Shown here: positions 1 to 9,250 of the stretch, piece by piece | Numbering within the stretch: position 1 is the first letter of the stretch | How the letters are laid out: every line of letters begins with the position of its first letter | Assembly (NCBI GenBank): GCA_012728445.1 | Contig: JAAYFA010000315.1 | Coordinates: 1-30,043 of the forward strand | Length of the DNA stretch: 30,043 nt | Source of the DNA: Clostridiales bacterium | Lineage (GTDB): Bacteria; Bacillota; Clostridia; Oscillospirales; Acutalibacteraceae | Reading direction: 5' to 3' | Notes under the pieces: model-generated | Told to the model about the DNA's origin: nothing | The model's database searches: none | Seen by the model: the letters and a program-made list of their open reading frames with translations, nothing else | Made by a program: the position numbers and the translations under genes

Positions 1-552
1 AGCATCGGTAGATTTTGTTACGCAAAAGCCTTTGATTTTGCAACGGAGGTTTGCCGGCAACTGCTTGATGAGGGTCTACAGGTGAAATGGTACCTGATAG
101 GCTACGGTAGTGATGAGACGCTGATACGAAAAAAAATTAGAGACCTCTCTTTGGAGGCAAGTTTCATTATCCTTGGCAAAAAAACAAATCCCTATCCATA
201 TATCAAGGCTTGCGACATATATGTACAGCCATCACGCTATGAGGGCAAGTCGGTTACCGTGCGTGAAGCGCAAATGTTGGGCAAACCGGTAATTATCACG
301 AATTTCAAAACTGCAAAAAGTCAGGTAAAGGATGGCTTCGATGCCATTGTTTCACCTATGGATGTTCGGTCGGTCACTAACAATATTAGTCGCCTGTCTA
401 AAGATGAAGCTTTAAAGAACGCTCTTTCGGCGAACTGCAACGCTTCCGATTACAGCAACGCTGAGCAGCTGGAGCGGGTTTACAGCTTGATAGAGGATGT
501 TGAGAACAAAAACACAAAGAGTAAAAGAGTAAAAGGACAGTTTGAAGGATGA
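1..552 (+). CDS. Glycosyltransferase family 4 (GT-B), C-terminal part; truncated by the window start
   Basis: Frame 1 is open from base 1 (SIGRFCYAKAFDF...). It has the GT4 donor-binding motifs 'NPYPYIKACDIYVQPSRYEGKSVTVREAQMLGKPVI'. The stop overlaps the next start (ATGA at 549-552). Confidence 0.9.
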   Translation, partial: SIGRFCYAKAFDFATEVCRQLLDEGLQVKWYLIGYGSDETLIRKKIRDLSLEASFIILGKKTNPYPYIKACDIYVQPSRYEGKSVTVREAQMLGKPVIITNFKTAKSQVKDGFDAIVSPMDVRSVTNNISRLSKDEALKNALSANCNASDYSNAEQLERVYSLIEDVENKNTKSKRVKGQFEG

Positions 553-1592
553 GTATTGATGTGTCTGTCATAGTTCCCGTTTACAACACGAATAAGTATT
601 TGGAAGAGTGCATTCAGTCTATCGCTACCCAAACAATCTTTGACCGAATGGAAATCATTTTAGTCGATGATGGCTCCACCGATAGTTCATCGAAGCTATG
701 CGACAGCTTCGCATTGACATATGAAAACATCACCGTCATTCACCAAAAAAACGCAGGGGTAAGCGCCGCACGAAATGCAGGCATAAGCAAGGCTGTCGGG
801 CGATACATAGGATTCGTGGATTCGGACGACTACATCTTTCCGGAAATGATGGAAAGGCTGCTTGAAAACGCTGAGAAAACAAATGCCGATATGAGCGTTT
901 GCAGGTTTGTGCATAGCCTTCCTGACGCAGATATTAACATTACCTACCCGTTTCCCGAAAACAAAGCTCTGAGCAGAGACTTCGTTCGGGGGACTATATA
1001 TGAATTTTTACTTAGATACGAGTCCTTTAACTCCTGCTGCAATAAGCTTTTCAAAACGCTCGCGATTAAGGATTCTAAGCTTCTCTTTATTGACGGAAGA
1101 AAAATTGGTGAGGATAGACGGTTTACCATCGACTTTCTTTCAAATTGCGGAGAGGTATGCTATACCTCTTATAGCGGCTATTATTACAGGCCGGTTGCCA
1201 CAAGCGCCATTCAAACGCCTCGAACTAACTATATGGATACGATCATTAATCAGCATTATGAGGACTTTACACTGTTTGAAACACTGGGAGTTGACAGGAA
1301 GACCATTGAGGAAAACAGCGGGCATAAACTGGTGGAACAGGCGCTTACCGCCGTGCATCTTTCCGAGAATAAATTAAAAGGCAAGCCGAGACAAACGGCT
1401 ATAAAAGCTATCCTTGAAAATAAAGAACTGCGCCGGTTTGTATTTGAAAATTGGAACAGCCTAAAGGCAGGGCGCTCACGATATGAAAAGCTTCTTATTC
1501 TAATGATTAAAACTAAGAGCGCTTTGGGCGTTCGAGCAGTGATGCTGGCTATGAAGGCGAAAAACAAATTGGTTAGGAGCAAAGCCCAATGA
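549..1592 (+). CDS. Glycosyltransferase family 2 (GT-A), EpsJ/EpsH-like
   Basis: 'VSVIVPVYN', 'EIILVDDGSTDSS', 'NAGVSAARNAG', and the DxD-type 'FVDSDD'. Translationally coupled on both sides. Confidence 0.92.
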   Translation: MSIDVSVIVPVYNTNKYLEECIQSIATQTIFDRMEIILVDDGSTDSSSKLCDSFALTYENITVIHQKNAGVSAARNAGISKAVGRYIGFVDSDDYIFPEMMERLLENAEKTNADMSVCRFVHSLPDADINITYPFPENKALSRDFVRGTIYEFLLRYESFNSCCNKLFKTLAIKDSKLLFIDGRKIGEDRRFTIDFLSNCGEVCYTSYSGYYYRPVATSAIQTPRTNYMDTIINQHYEDFTLFETLGVDRKTIEENSGHKLVEQALTAVHLSENKLKGKPRQTAIKAILENKELRRFVFENWNSLKAGRSRYEKLLILMIKTKSALGVRAVMLAMKAKNKLVRSKAQ

Positions 1593-2746
1593 ATGTGTTT
1601 CTATTCAACCATTCGGGCAGCCTAAACAGGGGCTGTGAAGCCATAGTCAGAGGAACAATGGCTATCCTGGATAAAGCCTTTGCGGGGAACGAATATGTCC
1701 TTTCCTCGTATGCCCCGCAGGAGGATGATGAGTTAAAAGATATTGTCAGGGTTGTTCCGTTTAAACCGAAGGAACTCAATGCGGCTGAGCATATAACGGC
1801 AGCACTAAAAATAAGGCTCGGTAAGGATGAACGCTATTCGATTATTCACAGCTATGCGGATTTTTTTGAAGCAGCGATGTCAGCGGATGTTTGTCTTTCT
1901 GTCGGAGGGGATACCTACTGCTATGGGGATAATTCGGTTATTAGGGTACTCACAAGTGAACTAAAGAAAAGAGGCAAGACGGTTGTCCTTTGGGGCGCTT
2001 CCATCGGCAAAGAGGATTTGGACTTCGAAAAGGAGAAAAACCTTGCCTGCTTTGACGCAATTTTTGTCAGAGAATCGCTAACGTTTGAACTGCTGAAAAA
2101 TAGAAATATCAATCCAAATGTTTTTCTCTTTCCCGACCCGGCCTTTACTCTTGAAAAAGAAGAACTCCCTTTGCCGGATGGCTGGGAGGAGAAGAATACC
2201 GTTGGCATAAATGTAAGCTCAATCGTTGTTGAACGGAATCCTAAACTAATCTTGATAGTGGCTGATTTAATTAAGCATATTTTGAAGAATACAGATATGT
2301 CTGTTGCTTTGGTACCTCATGTTACATCTGCAAACAATAACGATATGCCGGCACTAACTGCACTCCTGAATGAGATGAAATCAGAGGATATTAAGCGAGT
2401 CTTTATTTTGCCGGACGACCTTAATTCAGAACAATACAAAGGGTACATTGCAAGACTCAAATTTTTTATTGGTGCTCGAACTCACGCAACCATTGCGGCC
2501 TATACTTCTTTTGTCCCGACCATTGTGCTGGGTTACAGTATAAAATCGAGAGGAATAGCCAAGGATCTTTTTGGAGATGAGCTATTTGTTCTTAATGCCC
2601 AACGTTTGCACAGCGGCACCCAACTTATTGAATCATTTAATGCCTTGTGTGAGCAAGAGCATGAAATCAAGAAGACACTGGCAAACGAAATCCCCCAAAA
2701 AATCAGAGCTGCATATGAAGCCGGAGAAAAATTGAAAGAAATTTAG
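1589..2746 (+). CDS. Polysaccharide pyruvyl transferase family protein (WcaK/CsaB-like)
   Basis: 'NHSGSLNRGCEAI', 'SVGGDTYCY', 'FVRESLT', 'FPDPAF', 'FFIGARTHATIAAY...PTIVLGYSIKSRGIA'; lies in a glycosyltransferase operon. Confidence 0.85.
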   Translation: MNVFLFNHSGSLNRGCEAIVRGTMAILDKAFAGNEYVLSSYAPQEDDELKDIVRVVPFKPKELNAAEHITAALKIRLGKDERYSIIHSYADFFEAAMSADVCLSVGGDTYCYGDNSVIRVLTSELKKRGKTVVLWGASIGKEDLDFEKEKNLACFDAIFVRESLTFELLKNRNINPNVFLFPDPAFTLEKEELPLPDGWEEKNTVGINVSSIVVERNPKLILIVADLIKHILKNTDMSVALVPHVTSANNNDMPALTALLNEMKSEDIKRVFILPDDLNSEQYKGYIARLKFFIGARTHATIAAYTSFVPTIVLGYSIKSRGIAKDLFGDELFVLNAQRLHSGTQLIESFNALCEQEHEIKKTLANEIPQKIRAAYEAGEKLKEI

Positions 2747-2834
2747 AACCCTTGTTTTAGTTGACTTGAAATCAAAAACAAATTGAAGAAGAGCGTACTG
2801 CATTATTATTCTTACATAGAAACGGAGGCGACAA

Positions 2835-4043
2835 GTGAAAACGCTGCTGACAGTATCATTAGTTCTTTTGGCTGCTGTGCTTGTTTTATTGCTTGCGGAT
2901 ATAATCCCTATGCTCCGACGATGGCTTTCTCGTATACATATCGGTCAATGGGAAGACGAAGAAGAATGGAAAACTAAGGTAGAAAAGTCATTGCTAAAAC
3001 AATTAAGACATGCGCCGTCAGTACCTGTTAGCGATAATACAAGGCTGACATTTATCGAAAGGCTGCGGGGTACCTATACAAGTAAAAACATACAAAGCTG
3101 GCAAGAGGCAGCGTTGCTGTTAGGTGCTAACGAAATGCACAAGCAGAAGGCTGTTGATGGACAGATTAAGGAATTTATAGGCAGAAGAATAAACCCTGTA
3201 AGCGGGGAGTGGCAAGACTGCCATGAAAAGGTTGATACGGCGATGTTGGCATTCGCAATTTTGTCATCTCCCGTTTCCGATAAACAAAAGATAAAGCCAG
3301 CAATGGATTCAACAGCAAAAATGCTGCTTGACCTAGCCGAAAGATACGCAACCATACCCTATAACAATAGTGTGCCGAATGTAAGATTTGTTGATACGGT
3401 TGGCATGATTTGCCCTTTTTTGTTCAAGTACGGATTGGCATACGACTGTGAGAGGGCTATTGAAACGGCAAAGAGGCAAATAACGGAATCTATAGACTGG
3501 GGGATTCATCCGGTACAAAAGCTTCCTGCGCATTGCTTTAATGTTCATTCACGAGCGCCTCTTGGGATTTATGGTTGGGGAAGAGGTGGTGGTTGGATAG
3601 CCATTGGTCTAATGGACTCTTATTTATCTCTTTTGACTGCAAAGAACTCTAATGCTATGAATACAAACAACCATAACGAATTGAAAGACTATCTTATGGA
3701 GCAAATGACCTCTGTGGCCTGGGCTCTTATTCGTGTGCAAATGGATAACGGAGCTTGGGGCAGGCAGATTTTTATAAATGAAGCAGGTGAATCCTCGGCA
3801 ACGGCGATGATTGCGTGGTTTATGGGCAGGATGTGTTATTTAACTGACAATGAACAGTATAAAGAGTCAGCAGATATGGCAAAAAACTTTCTTTTAGAAA
3901 GCACGAGGCGCAACGGCACGGTGGATTTTGCACAAGGCGATACTAAAGGGATAGGTTTCTACTCCACAAAACTCGACGCAATGCCTGCCGCACAAGGGTT
4001 TACGGTCAGGTGCTTCTTGGGCCGAGAGAATGATGGCCGTTGA
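2835..4043 (+). CDS. GH88/GH105-like (alpha/alpha)6-barrel glycoside hydrolase with an N-terminal membrane anchor
   Basis: GTG start with GGAGG at 2824-2828. Hydrophobic N-terminus (LLTVSLVLLAAVLVLLLA). Motifs 'RFVDTVGMICPFL', 'WGRGGGW' and 'ESSATAMIAW' resemble the GH105/GH88 motifs 'W(I/V)DxLxM', 'WxRGNGW' and 'ETSASAM'. Confidence 0.7.
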   Translation: MKTLLTVSLVLLAAVLVLLLADIIPMLRRWLSRIHIGQWEDEEEWKTKVEKSLLKQLRHAPSVPVSDNTRLTFIERLRGTYTSKNIQSWQEAALLLGANEMHKQKAVDGQIKEFIGRRINPVSGEWQDCHEKVDTAMLAFAILSSPVSDKQKIKPAMDSTAKMLLDLAERYATIPYNNSVPNVRFVDTVGMICPFLFKYGLAYDCERAIETAKRQITESIDWGIHPVQKLPAHCFNVHSRAPLGIYGWGRGGGWIAIGLMDSYLSLLTAKNSNAMNTNNHNELKDYLMEQMTSVAWALIRVQMDNGAWGRQIFINEAGESSATAMIAWFMGRMCYLTDNEQYKESADMAKNFLLESTRRNGTVDFAQGDTKGIGFYSTKLDAMPAAQGFTVRCFLGRENDGR

Positions 4044-4131
4044 TTACCGGGCACCTTGTATACGTCGTGAATGACGACAATCCTTTCAGTCTCATAAAAT
4101 CAAAACAGCAAATCAATCAAAGTAAATTCGA

Positions 4132-4160
4132 TTGACGAAAAGTGCTCAAAGTGATATGAT
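4132..4160 (+). promoter_or_regulatory. Sigma-A-type promoter for the phosphatase/kinase module
   Basis: TTGACG (4132-4137), a 17-bp spacer, then TATGAT (4155-4160) with an extended -10 TG at 4152-4153. Confidence 0.7.
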
Positions 4161-4239
4161 AACTGGTATTCTAGCGACAGAATATTATTTTCTCGAAATA
4201 TCGGTATTCTAAAGATTGAACAAGGGCGGTACATTTTTA

Positions 4240-5001
4240 ATGACAGATATTCATTGTCATATTCTGCATGGAATTGATGACGGACCACGAGATATTGACA
4301 CCGCCCTCAGACTGTGTATGTTGGCCATGGAAAATGGAATAGATACCATTGTTGCCACGCCGGATTTGACGACGCTCGGTGAGATTGAAGCGTTTGTTGA
4401 TTTTAGAAACAATCGTCTGGAAGAACTTCGCTACGAGATAAAACGAAGAGAAATGCTGATCGATATCTATGCGGGAGCAGAGGTTTATGCGAGCGAAGAG
4501 CTTTTCTACCCGTTATCTTTGGAAAAAGCCACGATTAACGGTAGCCGTTATATTCTTGTAGAATTTGACTTTATGGGGTTGAGTTTTTCGTCCGTACTCA
4601 GGTATATAGAAGAAATACGCAGAAGAGATTTGGTGCCAATCATTGCTCACCCCGAAAGATATTCATTCCTTCAGGTTCAGTACGACAGGGTGAATTTTTT
4701 GATGGATATGGGTGCTCTTTTTCAAATCAATGCCGGCAGTCTCGCAAGTATGTGCGGGAGGGAAGAGTTCAACCTCGCCTATGAGATGGTACTGAAAAAT
4801 GCGGCGTCGTTTATTGGGTCAGACGCGCATTCGTTGCGTAACAGACCCAACGATATGTTAAAGATGATAAGAGATTTTCCGCCGAACATCAGCCGAAAAG
4901 CGCTTGACAGGATGCTGAACATCAACCCCCAAGAGGTTATTAGGAATGAGACTGTTAAGCGATCCCTTGACAGTGGGCTGCTGAAAAAAAGAAGATATTA
5001 A
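4240..5001 (+). CDS. PHP-family protein-tyrosine phosphatase (CpsB/CapC/YwqE-like)
   Basis: 'DIHCHIL...DDG', 'GAEV', 'YILVEF', 'IIAHPERY', 'QINAGSL', 'GSDAH'. The ATG at 4240 is preferred over the TTG at 4216. Confidence 0.9.
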   Translation: MTDIHCHILHGIDDGPRDIDTALRLCMLAMENGIDTIVATPDLTTLGEIEAFVDFRNNRLEELRYEIKRREMLIDIYAGAEVYASEELFYPLSLEKATINGSRYILVEFDFMGLSFSSVLRYIEEIRRRDLVPIIAHPERYSFLQVQYDRVNFLMDMGALFQINAGSLASMCGREEFNLAYEMVLKNAASFIGSDAHSLRNRPNDMLKMIRDFPPNISRKALDRMLNINPQEVIRNETVKRSLDSGLLKKRRY

Positions 5002-5052
5002 CTTACTTGTGCTGTTTAGGTGAACAATCAAAAAGAAAGATCCGGGTGTACC

Positions 5053-6573
5053 ATGAAAGAAAAAACGGAAACTGCTTACGATATGTATGGTGATGATTCT
5101 GCAATAGACCTTGGCAGAATCGGTGCGGCATTGCTAAATAAACTTTGGTTGATTATTCTGGTTGGCGTGCTGACGTCCACCGTTACATTTTTTTACGCAA
5201 AAGCTACTCACGTCGACAATTATGTTTCAAGCACAACGCTCGCTTTTACTACCACCAGCCGGATTATCGAAAAGGATGAGGACGGCAATGAGATCGATAG
5301 ATTAACCGAAAAAAAACCTTACACAGGGAAGGATGTCGAAAGATACCAGTTTTTGCTCACAAGCGACGTTATGGTTCAAAAGATTTTCGATGCTTTGGGT
5401 GGGGGGTACACTAAGCTCGAGATCGAAAAGTCGCTGGCCGTAAGCAGTTCCCCTATTACGGGTATTTTTATAATCAATGTTACGAGCATTGACGAAGGGT
5501 TTTGCAGGCAAGCTATCGATTATATAATATCAATCTTTCCCGACTATTTGAAGAGCTTTGACACAAGTCTTGGCATTGATGTAATCAAGTATCCAAAGTC
5601 ACCGAGCGTTTCTAACGAAAGCAAGGCAGGAGAAAAAGCTGTTTACGGTTTTATTACAGGCGCGGCGCTGATTATTTTTATTATTTTGGCAACCGAGGTT
5701 TTAAGCGAAACGGTGAAGGAAATAGAAGATATCAGGAGCAAGACAAACATTAAATTCCTGGGCTCAATTCCTGCCGTTGAGGGCGATAAGAAACGCGGGC
5801 GCCATAAAAAACAAACCGGATTGATACTGGCAGACGAAAACAAAGTTAGTTTTTCATTTGTAGAAAGTTTTAAGGCGATAAGAACGAAAGTTGAAGGCAT
5901 TGCTGCCGAAAAGGCATACAAGCTTTTCGTAATAACAAGCACGTTCGAAAACGAGGGTAAAACGACAGTGGCAATAAACCTTGCCTGTGCGCTTGCGCAA
6001 AAGGGGAAGTCTGTGTTGCTCGTCGACTGCGACTTACGCAAACCTTCGATTATGCGCACAGCCGGGATGAAAGATGACGAAAAAAACGGTTTGATACAAA
6101 TCATTAAAGGCGATTCCACCTATAGGGAGGCCATAAGATTTGCGAAGCCCCTCGGTATATCTATTCTGCCAAGTGGCGGTGTATCTTCAAAATCAACGGA
6201 GGTATTGGATGCAGATGTCGTTAAGGACGTGTTCAGAAAGGCTACGGCTGAGTTCGATTTTGTGATTATCGATACTCCCCCCGCACATGTCGTCGCAGAC
6301 TGCCTTGTTGTGGCGCCTCTTGCGGATGCGCTGATTTACACAATAAAGAGAGACTATGCGAAAATCAGCGAAATCAACGAAACACTGGAAGAAATCGCGT
6401 CGGCGGACATTGATATTGTCGGTTCAATCTTAACCATGAGCAATCAAGAAGGCTCAGGGAAATACTTTTCCCGGCGAGGCGGACTTTATTATTACTACCG
6501 ACACCGTAAGGGCTACTATAAAGGGAATTATGCTTACGGTTATGAACCAAGCGATGTCAAAAAGCAGCCATAA
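5053..6573 (+). CDS. Fused polysaccharide co-polymerase (CapA/CpsC/Wzz-like) and BY tyrosine autokinase (CapB/CpsD-like), paralog 1
   Basis: Two TM segments flank a short external domain. Walker A 'ENEGKTT', A' 'VDCDLRKP', Walker B 'IIDTPP', and a Tyr-rich tail 'LYYYYRHRKGYYKGNYAYGY'. The start could instead be the GTG at 5020. Confidence 0.9.
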   Translation: MKEKTETAYDMYGDDSAIDLGRIGAALLNKLWLIILVGVLTSTVTFFYAKATHVDNYVSSTTLAFTTTSRIIEKDEDGNEIDRLTEKKPYTGKDVERYQFLLTSDVMVQKIFDALGGGYTKLEIEKSLAVSSSPITGIFIINVTSIDEGFCRQAIDYIISIFPDYLKSFDTSLGIDVIKYPKSPSVSNESKAGEKAVYGFITGAALIIFIILATEVLSETVKEIEDIRSKTNIKFLGSIPAVEGDKKRGRHKKQTGLILADENKVSFSFVESFKAIRTKVEGIAAEKAYKLFVITSTFENEGKTTVAINLACALAQKGKSVLLVDCDLRKPSIMRTAGMKDDEKNGLIQIIKGDSTYREAIRFAKPLGISILPSGGVSSKSTEVLDADVVKDVFRKATAEFDFVIIDTPPAHVVADCLVVAPLADALIYTIKRDYAKISEINETLEEIASADIDIVGSILTMSNQEGSGKYFSRRGGLYYYYRHRKGYYKGNYAYGYEPSDVKKQP

Positions 6574-6684
6574 GTGAAAAGTTCTCATCATACTTATCTT
6601 AAACCTTTGGTGCGGTTGACTGCGAAAAAGATGCAGGACCTTTCACTCGACCGTTATTACATCCTATATTAAGGAGACACAATC

Positions 6685-8217
6685 TTGGAACAAAAAACGG
6701 AAAAAAATAGGATTGAAGAAAGCTTTTCCTCGGCATTCCTTGTTCGATTTACCGGTGTGGTTTTCAAAAAGCTGTGGATTTTAGCCGCTGTGGCGTTGAT
6801 TTTCGCTACTTGCTTTTACCTTGTCACAAAGGTGCTTTATGTTGAGGAGTATCGGTCTAAAACTGTTATCGCTGTCACCCAAACCACATATATTACAGGG
6901 TTTGATAAGGATGGTAATGAAATCAAGGTTGTTTCAAAACAAAATATTTATGATGAGAATGACGCAAACAAGTACCAGATGCTTTTAAAAAGCGACCATA
7001 TTACCGGCAAAATAAGCAAAGCACTTGTCGGCCAATACACGCGGCAAGAGATTGCCCAATCGTTGTTGCTTACGAAAGCACAAACATCAGGTATATTTAC
7101 CGTTGTGGTTGCCAACGAAAATGATCACTTTTGCAAGGAAGCAATCAATGTTATTAAAGTAGAGTTCCCGGAATATCTCAAAAGCTTTGACCCGAGTCTT
7201 GGCGTTGTTGTTATTAATGATCCGCAAAAACCTGTAATAAGCAATAAATACGAATCAGCAAAAATGGGTCTACTGGGCTTCTTTATAGGCGCCTTACTTG
7301 TTGTACTAATATTATACATATCCGAGGTGGTCAGAGACACCATTAAAACAGCTGAAGATGTCCGTTACAGGCTGAACATCAAGGTTCTGGGCACAATGCC
7401 TACAATCGAGCATTACAGGCGTTTGTTTAGTAACAAAAAGCTCATGCGCTGTCCTATCTTGACCAACGAAAACAAGGTAAGCTTTTCCTTTATCGAAAGT
7501 TTTAAAGCAATCAGAACTAAAATTGAAAACAGTGTAGATGGCAGCGGTAACAAAGTGTTTGCGGTAACGAGCACCTTTGAAAACGAAGGCAAGACGACTG
7601 TAGCGGTCAATTTAGCGAGCGTTCTGTCGCAGAAGGGCAAATCTGTTCTCATCATCGACTGTGATCTGCGCAAGCCTTCGGTTATGCGTATGGTGGGCAT
7701 AAGGGAAGACGGTAAGAACGGCGTGATCCAGGTTGTGAAGAAGGAAGCGGCATGTGCCGACTCGATAAAATATGTGAAGCCTCTCGGGTTTTTTGTTTTA
7801 CCCAGCGGAGGGACAACCAATAAGTCGACCGAGATTGTCGGCGCTGCCGAGTTTAAGGGAATGCTTGAGCGGGTTCGTAAAGAATTTGATTATGTCATTC
7901 TCGACACACCGCCCGCACATGTTGTCTCGGACTGCCTTGTTCTTGCCCCGCTTGTCGACTCACTGATTTTTACCATTCGGGCCGATTACGCCAGAACCAA
8001 GGACATCATCCTTACCATTGAGGAACTTGAAACGACTAATGTGGACATTGTCGGTTCGGTCCTGACCATGGTAGATGAAAAGGACTCGAACAGTTATTTT
8101 TCGGGCTGGGGAGGTTCGGATTATTACCGCAGACGCAAGGGGTATTACAGCGGCTATTATAAAGCCGAAACGAGAGGTTTAAGTGAATCGGAGAAGATGG
8201 AAACCGGGCATGAGTAA
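6685..8217 (+). CDS. Fused polysaccharide co-polymerase and BY tyrosine autokinase, paralog 2
   Basis: TTG start with AAGGAG at 6671-6676. Same architecture and motifs as paralog 1 (ENEGKTT, IDCDLRKP, ILDTPP). Tail 'SYFSGWGGSDYYRRRKGYYSGYY'. Confidence 0.9.
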   Translation: MEQKTEKNRIEESFSSAFLVRFTGVVFKKLWILAAVALIFATCFYLVTKVLYVEEYRSKTVIAVTQTTYITGFDKDGNEIKVVSKQNIYDENDANKYQMLLKSDHITGKISKALVGQYTRQEIAQSLLLTKAQTSGIFTVVVANENDHFCKEAINVIKVEFPEYLKSFDPSLGVVVINDPQKPVISNKYESAKMGLLGFFIGALLVVLILYISEVVRDTIKTAEDVRYRLNIKVLGTMPTIEHYRRLFSNKKLMRCPILTNENKVSFSFIESFKAIRTKIENSVDGSGNKVFAVTSTFENEGKTTVAVNLASVLSQKGKSVLIIDCDLRKPSVMRMVGIREDGKNGVIQVVKKEAACADSIKYVKPLGFFVLPSGGTTNKSTEIVGAAEFKGMLERVRKEFDYVILDTPPAHVVSDCLVLAPLVDSLIFTIRADYARTKDIILTIEELETTNVDIVGSVLTMVDEKDSNSYFSGWGGSDYYRRRKGYYSGYYKAETRGLSESEKMETGHE

Positions 8218-8300
8218 CGAATCGCCGACTTTTACTTTAATGAATGATGATGTGAAAAGAGTCTGCAAGACTTTTTCTCAAATGTTTGGAGGACATGAAA

Positions 8301-9083
8301 ATGCAAGAAGATAAAAAAGATATGAAACTCGCTGTTCTGATTGACTCGGACAATGTTTCGTACAAATATGTCAAGGCAATGATGGACGAAATCGCCCTTT
8401 ACGGCTTGCCGACCATAAAAAGGATATACGGTGACTGGACAACATCGACGGGGGCGGGCTGGAAGACGGTTTTGCTCGATAACGCCATTACACCCATTCA
8501 GCAGTACAGTTACACCACGGGCAAAAACTCAACCGATTCCGCCATGATTATTGACGCAATGGACCTGTTGTACAGCGAGCGGGTTGATGGGTTCTGTATT
8601 GTGTCAAGCGACAGTGACTTTACGCGCTTGGCAATCCGCCTGAGAGAAGCGGGGCTCAAAGTTTATGGGATAGGCGAGAAGAAAACACCCGAACCCTTCA
8701 TCGCGGCGTGCGACAAGTTTATTTATTTGGAAATATTGACCAATAAAGACGGGAAAAAGGATGTCGAAACAAAATCGGCTACCGGAACACGCCCGGCAAT
8801 CCAAAAAGCGCATGTAAATAAGATCTCCGAAGAGGTTGCCAGTCTTATTATCAATTCGGTCAATGATGTTGCCGATGAGGAAGGATGGGCGTTCCTGGGT
8901 GATGTGGGCAACCTGTTGCTTAAAAAGCAGCCCGCATTTGATAGCAGGAACTACGGCTATACAAAACTGACTCCTCTGATTCAGTCAACCGGTCTTTTCG
9001 ACATTGACCAAAGAGACACCTCTAACAGAGGCATAAAGCACATTTTTATAAGAGATAAAGCATTTGTTCAAAACGGCAAGTAG
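8301..9083 (+). CDS. NYN-domain (LabA/DUF88, PIN-like) protein with a C-terminal OST-HTH/LOTUS domain
   Basis: 'AVLIDSDNV', 'RIYGDW', 'GKNSTDSAMIIDAMDLLY', 'IVSSDSDFTRLAIRLREAG', and C-terminal 'GWAFLGDVG...FDSRNYGY.KL'. GGAGG at 8288-8292 favours the ATG at 8301. Confidence 0.88.
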   Translation: MQEDKKDMKLAVLIDSDNVSYKYVKAMMDEIALYGLPTIKRIYGDWTTSTGAGWKTVLLDNAITPIQQYSYTTGKNSTDSAMIIDAMDLLYSERVDGFCIVSSDSDFTRLAIRLREAGLKVYGIGEKKTPEPFIAACDKFIYLEILTNKDGKKDVETKSATGTRPAIQKAHVNKISEEVASLIINSVNDVADEEGWAFLGDVGNLLLKKQPAFDSRNYGYTKLTPLIQSTGLFDIDQRDTSNRGIKHIFIRDKAFVQNGK

Positions 9084-9250
9084 GATGATGCGTTATTGTT
9101 TATAAAAAAGGCGAACGGGTGCAGATAAAGATAATTTCTTATTCGAAACCAAAAAAGCTTATAGGTATGATAAAATGTAACCGGCAATAGTAATAGTATG
9201 ATGATTTTACTTTCTTTAATACGATATGTCTTTATTGTGAGGTGAAAGAA

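Noticed and set aside
6574-6672. 32-codon ORF between the two kinase paralogs
   Set aside because: No RBS and no distinctive composition.
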